A stretch of 64,000 nt of DNA from Escherichia phage SUT_E420, in sequence record OQ990039; one strand, written 5' to 3'. The notes beneath the pieces were generated by a model. It saw only the letters and a list, made by a program, of their open reading frames with translations, had not been told where the DNA came from and did not search any database. Each line of letters starts with the position of its first letter. Position 1 is the first letter of the stretch. Shown one piece after another: positions 45,555-56,529 of the stretch. A program made the position numbers and the translations under genes.

Positions 45555-48388
45555 TCCACAGACTGTTCTCCATCATCTCCTTCTGCTCTAATACGAAAAT
45601 ATAGTTTTCTATTTATTCCTAGAGCATCACTGTTATGAAGAGCAAAATCTGCCTTATTATACATTAATAAATAGTCATAAGTATACTGATTTTCAATACG
45701 TACACTTCTTAGCATTCTATTCTGGGAGTCATAGATTTCCAGAGTATAGAATATACTTTCTATTATATCTTCTTCTGGTATCCTATCCCAAGCTAGTTTT
45801 ACATCTGGGCCTACAAATTCAGTTACATCCCCAGAAGCCGTATTAGTTACCCTAAAATTAGATACTACACTTAGGTTTTTAGCAGAGTTAAGTTCTATAG
45901 ATAAGGTTACTGGAGAACTTCTTCTACCATTTATATCCACAGCCCTTATTTCAAATATCGCTAAGCCTGCAGGCTCTCCAATTATCTCTTGGATCATGCG
46001 TTCATTGGGATTTGTTTCTAGTTGCTGCACAATATAAGGCTCAGCATGCCCGGAATGCACGATAGAGTAATAAACTACGTTATTAGTTAAGCTTGGAAGC
46101 CAAGATAACTCACCATTTTTTCCTATAGAACCAACTAAACCACCGGGTGTAGGAGTATATTTAAAATCTCTAGGAGGAAGAACGTTGTTACTAATATCTG
46201 GTATATCATTACCACTATTATCTACTTGATCAGAGTTGATAAATACATCTTCCCCATACTCCTGTAGAGTAACATTTATCTTTCCTTCTCTAGAGTTTTC
46301 GACTTCATCTACTAAAAAGTACTTCTTATCCCATCCGTAACGGTCGTATGTAAATGCAATAGCATCGTTAGGCTCAATACCAATGAATTGATATGGTAAA
46401 GAAAATGAGAGGGTTCTAGAATACCTAGATTTCTTAAGTTCTCTGTCTGCAAAACTTCTAGCAGTATAGTAGTTAGTTATATTTGCAAAAGATAATTGTA
46501 ATTTTTTATCTAAATTTTTATCCTGCTCTTTATATTTAGAGTTATAAAAGGTAATAGAGTTAGTTTTCCAGCTAAGAGCTGGGTCTACTATGGATGCTTG
46601 AACTGAGTTGAATTTATTTCTACCAGTAGTATCTGATAGCTCTAAATCACCATAAGTATCCAGAAAATTAATCTCTAATGGAGTATTAGAATATTTTTCT
46701 ACAGTAATCCTATATTGACCAGATAAGTTGTTAATAGCCCCACCGTAGGATTCTAGTAAACCTTGCACATTTTTAAATACTGATTCAGATGTATCTAGAA
46801 TAGTATTCATTTGTACTATTTGTCTATTTTCTGCTAATGGATCAGTCCACCCAACATATCTCCAGTATGGCTGCCAGGATACTTGGTAAGATTCATCTAT
46901 AATATCTAAGATAGCAGCTTCTTGTACCAATTGTTGTAGGGGGAACTGATCAATAGCAATGTTTGCACCATACCTATCTGAAGTTAAGTAGTCAAGTGTT
47001 TGCCAAATACCATTTAAACTAGTACTATTAGCAGTTACTCTACCATCAGGATGATAGATTTTTATCTTCTTACCCTGAATCTCAGCACTAACTTCTGGAA
47101 TCTCAGTTCTATTTTCATTAATAGTAAAGCGTACTACCGCGTATGCAGTATCTAATAATTTATATCTAGTATCCCAGTACTCAGGCCCATTACCGTTCAT
47201 ATTTTGGAGATAGAACCCACGTTCCTTCGCTATATTTACTAATACTTCAGAAGCCGTTTGATCAGCTTTTCCATGATAAGTCCAAATCCTTATATCACCA
47301 TTACCATCATTATATTTATATTCCTGACCGTGCACAGAAGGACTACTAGAAGATATTCCTGATGCTATTCTTTGCATGGTGTCTCCTGCTACTTTTTTAA
47401 CACCGAAACAGGTTCTAGCAGAGCTATCATTAGAGTCCATACAAATCATAGGGTTATCCCCAAAGGAAAAGTCAAGAAAACCGTCTATCTCTCCTTCAGC
47501 AAAAGCGTATACTACGTAAACTATATTAGGATTGTGTAATTCCGTATCCGCAAAAATAGGTATTCCCGGTATTTTCTGTACACCATAAACTACTGGTATA
47601 TACTTAGCAGCAAGGTTAAAATCTATATCTACTTCTTTAGTAACAGTCTCATAATACTTTTTAAGACTATAACTTCTAGATAGTCCAAATAGCTTTTTCT
47701 TAGACTTTAGCTTGTATCTTTCTTCCTGTACCTGATACTTTGCTAGAATAGAGATACTTTTATTGGCATGAAAGAACCCATAATCTTCCTGGTATTCAAG
47801 TCTTTTAGCCCCGTTAGATGGAACTAATTGTCCTGCTACAACCTCAAGCCCTCTATGAGAAGCATCATCAGTAAACCTACCGTTAACCCTATCAAAATCA
47901 TAGAATTGGTTAGAACAATTCCAAGTAATTGTAGAGGTTCCAACCCCAGAAGTACTAATGTTGTCCTTAATACCTCCACCAGTAATTCTCCCTCTAAAGT
48001 ATAATAAAGGGCCATTTGTGTCTGGGTCTACAGGTAAAATAGAACCATCCTCTGTAATAATTGCTTGGTGGATTGATACTAGTCTATCTAAAAAGGATAC
48101 ACCATTCTGCACTAATTTCAGTACTTCATCCTGTGCTGTACCTGTAATAGTAAAAGATAGGCTGCCAATAGATAAATCTCTATTTTGTTTATGTGTGCTA
48201 ATAGACTTAACTTTACCGGCCTGGTACAAAATACCATTATATAGTACATCTCTAAAATAGTCAGTTAAGTAAATAAAAGCAGTACTAGTACCTGTAGAGC
48301 CGGGTAATTCTAGAGAAATTAGACTAGCAGTTTTTATTCTGCTATTATTTTTTAAGTAGTTTCTAGCACTATCTAATATTTTTTTCAT
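45539..48388 (-). CDS. Baseplate hub protein (T5 pb3-like, tentative)
   Basis: 949 aa, matching the recalled T5 pb3 length; sits between the distal tail protein and the pb4-like gene. Confidence 0.5.
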   Translation of the reverse strand: MKKILDSARNYLKNNSRIKTASLISLELPGSTGTSTAFIYLTDYFRDVLYNGILYQAGKVKSISTHKQNRDLSIGSLSFTITGTAQDEVLKLVQNGVSFLDRLVSIHQAIITEDGSILPVDPDTNGPLLYFRGRITGGGIKDNISTSGVGTSTITWNCSNQFYDFDRVNGRFTDDASHRGLEVVAGQLVPSNGAKRLEYQEDYGFFHANKSISILAKYQVQEERYKLKSKKKLFGLSRSYSLKKYYETVTKEVDIDFNLAAKYIPVVYGVQKIPGIPIFADTELHNPNIVYVVYAFAEGEIDGFLDFSFGDNPMICMDSNDSSARTCFGVKKVAGDTMQRIASGISSSSPSVHGQEYKYNDGNGDIRIWTYHGKADQTASEVLVNIAKERGFYLQNMNGNGPEYWDTRYKLLDTAYAVVRFTINENRTEIPEVSAEIQGKKIKIYHPDGRVTANSTSLNGIWQTLDYLTSDRYGANIAIDQFPLQQLVQEAAILDIIDESYQVSWQPYWRYVGWTDPLAENRQIVQMNTILDTSESVFKNVQGLLESYGGAINNLSGQYRITVEKYSNTPLEINFLDTYGDLELSDTTGRNKFNSVQASIVDPALSWKTNSITFYNSKYKEQDKNLDKKLQLSFANITNYYTARSFADRELKKSRYSRTLSFSLPYQFIGIEPNDAIAFTYDRYGWDKKYFLVDEVENSREGKINVTLQEYGEDVFINSDQVDNSGNDIPDISNNVLPPRDFKYTPTPGGLVGSIGKNGELSWLPSLTNNVVYYSIVHSGHAEPYIVQQLETNPNERMIQEIIGEPAGLAIFEIRAVDINGRRSSPVTLSIELNSAKNLSVVSNFRVTNTASGDVTEFVGPDVKLAWDRIPEEDIIESIFYTLEIYDSQNRMLRSVRIENQYTYDYLLMYNKADFALHNSDALGINRKLYFRIRAEGDDGEQSVEWASI

Positions 48389-48999
48389 AGACTTTCCCGT
48401 AAATTTAGTGAGATGTTGGAGTATGTTCCGTTATTATTTAGTGTAGATCCAAAAGCATCACCATTCATGAGTTTTGTTCTAAATAGGATTCCATTAAATA
48501 CTGGCTTCTCCGCTCCAGTAGTAGTTATAAATAAATCAGGGTATAAGTTTATAGACCATGTATTACCTGATTTGTTAAATGATGTTATTTTATATACTTT
48601 TGGGTGGTTAGACAGCTTAAATAGATCCCCCGGTTTTGGGGTACCTGTAAGAAACCCTTTTGTATCCATAGTTATATTAGAACCCTTCTGTCCAGCAGGT
48701 ATATTTACTAGACTAGTATTACCTCTAACTCTAAAAGCTTCGTATTGGGGTAATATAACATCTATATAACCACCAGTCCTTTTGTATTCTAGAATAAAAG
48801 CATCTAGAACACTATATTCATCTGGAAATAATTCTGGATAAGAAATATTTATACCCCAGTATTGAGCAGATACCTTAACTTCGTTAACTTTACCATTTGG
48901 TAACTCATCACGAATTACTGGGTCATTATCAATCAGGTTAACACTTTCGAATCCTAAGCCTGAAAGTTCTGGATTCGTGTATGGGTCTGGTAATCTCAT
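48385..48999 (-). CDS. Distal tail protein (Dit, T5 pb9-like, tentative)
   Basis: 204 aa, immediately downstream of the tape measure gene. Confidence 0.45.
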   Translation of the reverse strand: MRLPDPYTNPELSGLGFESVNLIDNDPVIRDELPNGKVNEVKVSAQYWGINISYPELFPDEYSVLDAFILEYKRTGGYIDVILPQYEAFRVRGNTSLVNIPAGQKGSNITMDTKGFLTGTPKPGDLFKLSNHPKVYKITSFNKSGNTWSINLYPDLFITTTGAEKPVFNGILFRTKLMNGDAFGSTLNNNGTYSNISLNLRESL

Positions 49000-49081
49000 A
49001 GTTAATTTCTCCTCTTTAATAACAATATTATAATAGTATTAGAAAATTTTATCAAGAAATTTTTATTTTTCCATAAAGAAA

Positions 49082-49103
49082 AGGAGGACTCAAAGTCCTC
49101 CTC
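49082..49103 (-). terminator. Hairpin terminator after the tape measure gene
   Basis: AGGAGGACT-CAAA-GTCCTCCT stem-loop with T-run on the minus strand. Confidence 0.45.
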
Positions 49104-49108
49104 CAGTT

Positions 49109-52100
49109 TTAAGAATTTCCTAATGTTTTCAGACTAGCACCGTTCTCATTCAGAGCTAATTCTACTGCGTCTCTTAGAGCACTACTATTACTAGAAGCAA
49201 ACTCTCTAAAACTTGCAGCATCCATAGCACTAATATTCAAGATGATAGGTCTTCCTGAAGTTGAGTTAGATGAAGTTTTTAGCTCATCATTAGGTGTAGC
49301 TTTCATAGGAATCATAGGGGTAACTACTTCTGTACCATGCTCACCCATTTGATAGCTAACCCCAGGGTACATATTACCACCCTCAGCACGAGGAACGAAA
49401 GAGTTAGCGCTACCTATACCTTGATCGCCACGAATATAAGACAGTTCACCTGCATTAGCAGACATGGACACATCTATATTCTTCTGACGTTCTCCTAAGG
49501 TTAGGTAACTAGTTGTATCCGCTCCAGAATCTGCAATACTTGACATACCAGATGCAGAAGATGCTTGAGCAAGAGCTAAGGCACCTGCCAAACCTGCCGC
49601 CACCATCAAAGGAATAGAGAACGGGTACGGTACAGCTGTCGCCGCTTGCATTACAGCTACTGCAGTTTGGATGATGATCTGCTTCTTAGCTGCGTCTTGT
49701 TGAATCTTCAACTTTTCAGCTTCTAGTTTCTTCAACTTAGCTTTAGATGCTTCTGATTTACCATCACGTTTCTGCTCTGCTGCAATAGCCTGATCAATTG
49801 CACTAACCTGTTGACTAGTACTATATTGAATCATAGAGGCCACAGTCTGCATACCTGCTGCGATCGTGGAAGTAGTGTCTAAAGACCCCATAGAGAACTG
49901 AATCATAGCATTGGTTAAATTACCCATGCTTTGAGCTACAGCAGTTGCTTCGGAATTTAACTCAGATAGTTTAGAAATTGCCTGATCATAAGAAGCCATT
50001 CTATTTCCCATATCAGCAAAATCTTTATCTTCTCCAGATAGTCCAGTTGTAGGAGTGTACACAGCACCTAAAGAAGATCCAACAGAAGCTTGCATCTCCG
50101 CATTTCTCTGTGCCCTTAAACCTGCTAGTTGTGCCCTAGTTTCAGCTATCTTTTTATTATATTCCGCTTGTGCCGCAGCATTACCTAATGTTTTCTGCTT
50201 TAAGTCTTCATATAATTTTAGCTGTTCCTGTAAGCGCTCCGCATTTCCCATTAATGGTTTAGCAGTAAATTGTCTTTGCTGTTCTTCCTCTCTACCAGCA
50301 GCCATTGAAGCAATCTGATCTTGGCGGAATTTCCAGATTTCACGTTCAATTTGGGCTTGAGCACGTCTAGACTGTTCCGCCTCTTTCTGTTTATCAGCTT
50401 GTTTTGTATACCATTCGTACTTCTCTTTTTCAATGGTCAATTCAAGATTTAACTGTGCTAAACGATACTGAGTATCTGTCATAGTACGGTTATTTAAGAG
50501 AGCTATCTCACGGTCTACACCCAGAATTTTATCTGTATAATCCTTAACTTTCTTCTGAGCTTCCATACCCTGATTGGTAAGCTTAAGTTTCTCCAGCTGA
50601 ATTTTTTCAATCTCTTTCTCAACAGCTTTATTTCCCTGATTAGTTTGAAGTACACGGCGTAAAGCAGCCTCTTGCTCTTCTAACTGTTGGAGTTCTAAAC
50701 GCCTACCGGCTTCCTGTGCTTTTTCTTTATCTTTAGTTTGGTTGTATACGTCAGCTATCTTCTGTTGAACTGCTAACTGGTTCTTAGTCTCATTACCGGT
50801 TAGTTTAACGTACTCAGATAAGGCCTGAGACGCAGTTTTCATTTCAGACAGAGTATTATAGCCTAGGTTAAGGTTTTTAACATACTCGTCTGCACTTTTA
50901 CCAGTACCTTGAGATAGTGATTCTATATTTTTTATAGCATCTGCTAAAGTAGCACTAGTCTTAGCAGCAGTATCTGTATTCTGAGCAACGTTCTGTATAT
51001 CATTAGCTAAGTCACTAGCAGTTTTCTTAGTCTGATTATATGCCTTTTGTTGTTCAGTTAGTCCTTTTAATACAGTAGAGTTAAAATCGTATACAGCATC
51101 AGGATCAGTAGTATCTCTCTGTAGATTAATCTGTTTCTGAAACTCTGGATTAGCTTTTGCAGCAGCAGCTCCAGCAGCCTGATAAGCTGATTTCCAAGCA
51201 TTGAGGTTCTCTGTAGAATCCTCTACTTCCTTACCGAGTCTAGTTACTTGTAGACCCATAGCTGCGGTTTCTTCTACAAACTTTTTATTAGCTTCGGAAG
51301 CACCCGCGGCTGCAATACCAACAGGAATACCTTCACCAACTTGACGTATAGCTAGTTTTGTATAGAAATCTGCTTGTTCCATTCGTTTATCGAACTCAGA
51401 TTTTAGCTTATTACGCTTATCAAGAGATTCCTTATACATATCTAGAGCTTTATTATAGCCTTCTTCAGAAGCAGCTAAACTTAAAGCAACAGCACCAACG
51501 TTGGTAGGGTCTATCTGTCTATTAGTTTTTTCTTGAGCTCTAGCTGCCTCAGCAGATATAGAAGCCTGAGATGTATAAAATACTGTGTTGATAGCATCAA
51601 TTACTGGCCCTAAATACTTAGCAGCAGCTTGTTGTATTTTTCTTAGTGCAGCATCTGCATTAGCAGCAAATTGCTCCCATGGAGTTGCACGTAGTACTTC
51701 ATCTAGATAGCCAAACCGTTTAGTAGATTCAGCAATTACTGCATTAGCATATGCTTGTTGCTTCTGGAAAGTGGTAAGACTATTAACATTATATGTTATA
51801 CCTGTGTTTGCAGCATTTAACTGTTTAACATAATCAGCGTATGCGTCATTAAGACGGATAGTGACACCAAGTTCATCCAGAAGTTCGATTTCTTGTTTAG
51901 ATACGCCCTTAATTACACGGTTAAGTGCATCAGTCATATCAACGCCAAGAACAGCAGCCGCACGACGAGCTACTAAACCAAATTTATTAAGTTGTTCAGC
52001 ATCAAATCCATAAGCAGATGCTGAAGATGCCTGTCTCATTGCTTCCTCAAAAGAAATAGCATATCCAGCAGCTTCTTGTAGTGATCTAGCAAGGGTCTGA

Positions 52101-52789
52101 ACAGGAGTACCTGTCTGAGTACCTACTATAACACCAAATTTTTCTAGACGATTTAGCTGATCACCTAGTTTAAGTTGTTCAAATGCTGATTGCAAAACGA
52201 AGATGTTGGAAGCAAGAGCTGCGTACATAATAGGTAGACTACCACCGATCTTAGCCATTGCCGCAAAATCACGAGTTGCACCACGTGCTGAACCAGAGGT
52301 ATTACCAATAGCTCTAGAAGCTCTACCAGCGGCACCAGCAGTGTCGTTAAAACCTCTAGCTGTACCACCTAATGCTCTATTAGTATCGTATAATCTATCC
52401 TGGACTTTTTCTGTTGCAGCTGCAACATCATTACCCATTGTTTTAACAGATCTAGAAACTCCATCAAATCCAATTTCTAGTTTATCTGTTACTTCAATAA
52501 GTTGGATAGCCAGGTAATCTAGCTTATCACCAATACCATCAATGGATTTAGTAATACCAGCCATACCCCTACTAGCTTGCATTTTAGTAAGACTTTTCGC
52601 TGCTCTGTCTGCTGCCCTCTCAATGGAATAAAGAGTTCTGGGCATTTTACCTAACTGCTCATTTGTCAGTTCGGAAGCAGCAGCAGCATTTTCCAACGCA
52701 TCAGATACGTTTTCAATAGACTTTGCAGTACGAGTTGCCCCCTTCTGTTTAACGTCTATTAGTAATTCTCGTATTAGCTTATCAGTCAT
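49109..52789 (-). CDS. Tail tape measure protein
   Basis: 1226 aa, largest ORF in the tail module; long helical/coiled-coil repeats; sits between chaperone-like genes and Dit. Confidence 0.8.
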   Translation of the reverse strand: MTDKLIRELLIDVKQKGATRTAKSIENVSDALENAAAASELTNEQLGKMPRTLYSIERAADRAAKSLTKMQASRGMAGITKSIDGIGDKLDYLAIQLIEVTDKLEIGFDGVSRSVKTMGNDVAAATEKVQDRLYDTNRALGGTARGFNDTAGAAGRASRAIGNTSGSARGATRDFAAMAKIGGSLPIMYAALASNIFVLQSAFEQLKLGDQLNRLEKFGVIVGTQTGTPVQTLARSLQEAAGYAISFEEAMRQASSASAYGFDAEQLNKFGLVARRAAAVLGVDMTDALNRVIKGVSKQEIELLDELGVTIRLNDAYADYVKQLNAANTGITYNVNSLTTFQKQQAYANAVIAESTKRFGYLDEVLRATPWEQFAANADAALRKIQQAAAKYLGPVIDAINTVFYTSQASISAEAARAQEKTNRQIDPTNVGAVALSLAASEEGYNKALDMYKESLDKRNKLKSEFDKRMEQADFYTKLAIRQVGEGIPVGIAAAGASEANKKFVEETAAMGLQVTRLGKEVEDSTENLNAWKSAYQAAGAAAAKANPEFQKQINLQRDTTDPDAVYDFNSTVLKGLTEQQKAYNQTKKTASDLANDIQNVAQNTDTAAKTSATLADAIKNIESLSQGTGKSADEYVKNLNLGYNTLSEMKTASQALSEYVKLTGNETKNQLAVQQKIADVYNQTKDKEKAQEAGRRLELQQLEEQEAALRRVLQTNQGNKAVEKEIEKIQLEKLKLTNQGMEAQKKVKDYTDKILGVDREIALLNNRTMTDTQYRLAQLNLELTIEKEKYEWYTKQADKQKEAEQSRRAQAQIEREIWKFRQDQIASMAAGREEEQQRQFTAKPLMGNAERLQEQLKLYEDLKQKTLGNAAAQAEYNKKIAETRAQLAGLRAQRNAEMQASVGSSLGAVYTPTTGLSGEDKDFADMGNRMASYDQAISKLSELNSEATAVAQSMGNLTNAMIQFSMGSLDTTSTIAAGMQTVASMIQYSTSQQVSAIDQAIAAEQKRDGKSEASKAKLKKLEAEKLKIQQDAAKKQIIIQTAVAVMQAATAVPYPFSIPLMVAAGLAGALALAQASSASGMSSIADSGADTTSYLTLGERQKNIDVSMSANAGELSYIRGDQGIGSANSFVPRAEGGNMYPGVSYQMGEHGTEVVTPMIPMKATPNDELKTSSNSTSGRPIILNISAMDAASFREFASSNSSALRDAVELALNENGASLKTLGNS

Positions 52790-52803
52790 GTTTTATTTTT
52801 CCC

Positions 52804-52837
52804 AATAAAAAAGGCTCTGGGCAAATCACCCAGAGCC
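52804..52837 (-). terminator. Hairpin with T-run immediately upstream of the tape measure gene
   Basis: 9-bp stem GGCTCTGGG / CCCAGAGCC, then TTTTTTATT on the minus strand; shares the CCCAATAAAAAAGG context with the capsid terminator. Confidence 0.45.
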
Positions 52838-52872
52838 AAGCCTCATCGTGGAACGCCCATTGGAGGAAACTT

Positions 52873-53241
52873 TTACCGTGCACGAGATCTAGCATGTGGC
52901 TTAACGTTAGGAATCCTTCCGTTTTGCGGTTTATGCTGCTCAGCACGCTTACGTGCAGCATCTACAGCTTTAGCATCAAATATATTGATAATGTGTAGAA
53001 CGAATTCTTTTTCTATAGGATCAGTAATCCCATAAATATCAAATAAAACACCTAATGCAGCCTTATCCTTACCTATAAAAATAGGGAAGTCACCCGGTAT
53101 GAAACAGTCAATTAGACTGTTATAAATATTCATACTAATAGATACAATAGGTGGAAAATCTTCGAGTTCAACGGGCATAGCCTTAGGATCAGGCTCTATA
53201 CCCATTGACTCGCAAAGTATTAAATATTGTTGTTTAGTCAT
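52873..53241 (-). CDS. Tail assembly chaperone candidate
   Basis: 122-aa ORF between the tail tube/collar genes and the tape measure gene. Positional inference only. Confidence 0.35.
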   Translation of the reverse strand: MTKQQYLILCESMGIEPDPKAMPVELEDFPPIVSISMNIYNSLIDCFIPGDFPIFIGKDKAALGVLFDIYGITDPIEKEFVLHIINIFDAKAVDAARKRAEQHKPQNGRIPNVKPHARSRAR

Positions 53242-53302
53242 TTTAGATGCTGAGCTTTTAATACATTTGTCTGCAAAATCAGCAACAGCATCTAGGAGTT
53301 CT

Positions 53303-53707
53303 TTACGCTTTTGGGCTACGAAAAGTGTCTAAGTGGAACACTGTTTGGTTGATCCAAGAATCAAACGCAGCAGAGTTCTGCATAAGCATTACAGCATTAT
53401 CGCGGCTAAAAGGAACTTCAGTAGCGGGATCAGCATCTGTTTCAATCAGCATCAGTTTTTCAACGTCACCTACAGTCAAACCAGTCCAACCTTTAATAGC
53501 TGCGTCAACAAATGCTTCAATGAACTTATCATCATCCTGCACTTGTATCAGTGTACCATTAACCCATTCGTCACGTTTAGCAGAAGAAATAACACGTTTA
53601 GAGGTAGCGCGAGACATATAGTTAAGTTCTAGTTTAAAGTTTGGCATACCTGGGTAGGAAAGAGTAATAGTACGAGTATCAAGAGTAATATCTTTTAAAT
53701 TAATCAT
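53303..53707 (-). CDS. Tail assembly chaperone or tail protein candidate
   Basis: 134-aa ORF; positional inference only. Confidence 0.35.
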   Translation of the reverse strand: MINLKDITLDTRTITLSYPGMPNFKLELNYMSRATSKRVISSAKRDEWVNGTLIQVQDDDKFIEAFVDAAIKGWTGLTVGDVEKLMLIETDADPATEVPFSRDNAVMLMQNSAAFDSWINQTVFHLDTFRSPKA

Positions 53708-54603
53708 TTTTTAATTTCTCCAAAGAAATCTATTCTCACTGGGTCTGAAGAAGCAGTAGGTATAATATCCCACTCAACTCTATACACATCTGAGAAATCT
53801 AGGCGTTTTGTAATACGTGCTGAAGGAAAATCTATAGAAATATTATTATTTCTTATATTTAAAGGTACATCTACCTCTGGTTCGACATTGTAAACCATAT
53901 CTCCTGCAAAACGTTTTAAGTAATATAGAGAAATAGTTGCCGAAGCATTCATTTCATTTACATAAGCTCTTTTATTATTATAGATTTTATTTATATCAAA
54001 AACACTCTTATCTTCTCTCCAAGAGCACTGCTGCTGGAAAGATAAAGAGGCAGAGATAAGACCTGGTAAGACGCTACCATTAGTAGAAGCTATTACTGGG
54101 CTATAAGACATTACTTCACCCTGTATAATAGAACCTGCTTCTCTATATGTAGATACTTCGGAAAATTTCCCCGATTCAATACCAACATTAAGAATTGGTA
54201 TGTTCTTATCTAAAGAAAAATCTACCGTAGATACATAACAGTTTTCAAAATATACACAGTTATTATCTTTATTTACTATATAGATATTGAACATAATAGG
54301 TTCAATATTATTACTATATAGTGGGAGTAAGAAAGTATTACCTTTTCTATCAAAACCTAACCATTCAAAGAAGTTAGCCTCAGTAAGAGTATTACTGAAA
54401 TTTACTGCTAGAGAGATAGAAGAGGGGGTTTGAGCATTTATAATAGAGTCTGCATAGTTAGTTCTACGATGAACAGTCCTACGAAGAGTCTTGAATTCCT
54501 CGTAGGAAGTCTGTATATCATAGTTTGATAGGGCATCAAAATGAAATGCCCTACCATCATACTCAACTATAACTTTTGACTCTCTCATTAGAGAGTAGTA
54601 CAT
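53704..54603 (-). CDS. Tail tip collar/terminator-like protein (T5 p140-like, tentative)
   Basis: 299-aa beta-rich ORF immediately downstream of the major tail tube gene. Confidence 0.4.
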   Translation of the reverse strand: MYYSLMRESKVIVEYDGRAFHFDALSNYDIQTSYEEFKTLRRTVHRRTNYADSIINAQTPSSISLAVNFSNTLTEANFFEWLGFDRKGNTFLLPLYSNNIEPIMFNIYIVNKDNNCVYFENCYVSTVDFSLDKNIPILNVGIESGKFSEVSTYREAGSIIQGEVMSYSPVIASTNGSVLPGLISASLSFQQQCSWREDKSVFDINKIYNNKRAYVNEMNASATISLYYLKRFAGDMVYNVEPEVDVPLNIRNNNISIDFPSARITKRLDFSDVYRVEWDIIPTASSDPVRIDFFGEIKK

Positions 54604-54607
54604 TTAA

Positions 54608-56014
54608 TTAGCCACCAGCAGTAACTGTAATGCTCTTAGTACCTTCTACACCAGAACCGTCTTTAGCTACAGCTTTGACAGTAACAGAACCTGTCTTAGT
54701 AGTGTCCGCAGTTAATAAACCAGATTCTGGATCAATTGTAGCTGCATCACCACTAGAAATAGACCAAGTTACAGCACTATTAGTAGCATCTGGCGGAGTT
54801 ACTTCAACAGACATCTGTAGAGTATTACTGTTCTGTACTGAAGTAGCATTACCAACAGATTTAACTGTGATTGATTCAACTAGTTTTGGTGGAGTTTTAG
54901 CTCCATCTCCTGTAGCAATCAGATTAGCCACAGTGGTTTTAGTATACTTGTTAGAGAAACCAAGATAACCTTCATCACCAGTATCCAAATCTGTAGGGAT
55001 AGCTTTAAACTCTACTGAAGTACCAAGTACATCATCAGTCTCAATAGTAGGAATGTTAACGTGAGCCTGTTTAGCAACCAGCACAGCTGCCGGACGTTCA
55101 TCATCGTATTCACCACCAAGGATAAGTGCGATTTCAAACTTGTTAACTACCTTCAAGGTTTTGATAAGATCTTTGTACAGTTCCATAGAACCAAGAGATT
55201 TATCATTTAGATAGGCAGTTAGTGAACCAGTTAATTCAAATGCACCAGTAAATGAACCGATCGGAATATTTACACGGGACATAATATTCGGGGTTAGGTA
55301 CGTGATGTTGTTATTAATGGTGAAAGTACCACCAGTAATAGGGATATCATATGCCTTATCAGAATCCATATCCTTAATTTTCAGGATAGTCAGTTTGTTC
55401 TTAATATAAGAACTCTGAATAGTCATATAAGTTTCATCATCAATACCTACAGTATCAGGATCAAATGGTTGCTCATCCAAAGGAATAAGCTGGTTACCAT
55501 TACCTGACCAAGTTACACGACCAATATCCTCAATATCAACGTTAACTTCTGCCTGGTTGATCTGGCAAGAGTCGATGTAACTCCATGCTTTGTCAGTCAG
55601 GATGTAGATATGCAGCATTGCCAGTTCGTGGTACGCGTTATCTTTAAAGTTAACCATAAAATTGGTTTCGTTATTATGTGCTCCTGTGTCACCTTCTAGG
55701 TTAAGAGCTTTACCACTAGAAAGAGCGTGCCATAACATATAGTCAGGAACAATCTGTTTGTTAGTAGTTTTATCTTTATACGGAAGGATATAAGTAGAGA
55801 AACTCCACTCAGCCGCGTTTAAAGAGTCATTAAAACGTTTAGAACCACGAGTTGGACGCGGACCAGCTTCATTAACAGTAATATCTGTTGAGTTACTGTC
55901 CTGACCCCAAGAAATATCATCCTGAACTAGAATCTCTTGCGTGTTGGTCTTATTATGACCAGTCTTAACCGTAGACACGAAGATTCGAGTATTACGTAAT
56001 AGTTGTAAAGACAT
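54608..56014 (-). CDS. Major tail tube protein with C-terminal Ig-like domain (T5 pb6-like)
   Basis: 468 aa; C-terminal Ig-like segment SVTVKAVAKDGSGVEGTKSITVTAGG. Confidence 0.6.
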   Translation of the reverse strand: MSLQLLRNTRIFVSTVKTGHNKTNTQEILVQDDISWGQDSNSTDITVNEAGPRPTRGSKRFNDSLNAAEWSFSTYILPYKDKTTNKQIVPDYMLWHALSSGKALNLEGDTGAHNNETNFMVNFKDNAYHELAMLHIYILTDKAWSYIDSCQINQAEVNVDIEDIGRVTWSGNGNQLIPLDEQPFDPDTVGIDDETYMTIQSSYIKNKLTILKIKDMDSDKAYDIPITGGTFTINNNITYLTPNIMSRVNIPIGSFTGAFELTGSLTAYLNDKSLGSMELYKDLIKTLKVVNKFEIALILGGEYDDERPAAVLVAKQAHVNIPTIETDDVLGTSVEFKAIPTDLDTGDEGYLGFSNKYTKTTVANLIATGDGAKTPPKLVESITVKSVGNATSVQNSNTLQMSVEVTPPDATNSAVTWSISSGDAATIDPESGLLTADTTKTGSVTVKAVAKDGSGVEGTKSITVTAGG

Positions 56015-56040
56015 TTAATTATTTTCTCCTAATCTGTAAC

Positions 56041-56526
56041 TTATCTGCGAAGTGACCTACGTGGAGGCTGATACCTCACTGTTACATTTATTTCTGCTAA
56101 ACCATATGGGGCCAGTAGACCCTCATCTGTACTAACTGATGTAATGATCATATCAGTTGCCTCACATGGGAAGGTCGATCCATTAGGTTTACTAACAGTA
56201 TATTCTAAATTTCCACCTGTGTCAATAACGGTTTTTATATCCGCTACGAGTTTTTCAAGTTGCTCTTGAATGTCTGTTTTCTCTTTATCGTACACCAGGA
56301 TTGGAAGTTCTAAAAACATCCACTGTTGGCCTGAAGGAAGATACTGCCCAGTTTCAGTTCCGATATGAACTGCCACATAAGGAAACTCTCGTATTTCCTC
56401 AAATTTATAAGTTTGACGAGAAACGTTTCCATATAGGTTATTAAAATATTCGTCAGGTTGAGAACCGTCCAACTGTTTAGATATACGGTCAACCAGAGCT
56501 TGTGCAATACTTGTTCTATGATCCAT
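56041..56526 (-). CDS. Tail completion / neck protein candidate
   Basis: 161-aa ORF between the capsid and tail-tube genes. Confidence 0.35.
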   Translation of the reverse strand: MDHRTSIAQALVDRISKQLDGSQPDEYFNNLYGNVSRQTYKFEEIREFPYVAVHIGTETGQYLPSGQQWMFLELPILVYDKEKTDIQEQLEKLVADIKTVIDTGGNLEYTVSKPNGSTFPCEATDMIITSVSTDEGLLAPYGLAEINVTVRYQPPRRSLRR

Positions 56527-56529
56527 TTA

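Noticed and set aside
52873-53707. Programmed -1 frameshift between the two chaperone-like ORFs upstream of the tape measure gene
   Set aside because: The two ORFs are separated by about 60 nt, not overlapping, and no slippery heptamer was identified at a junction.
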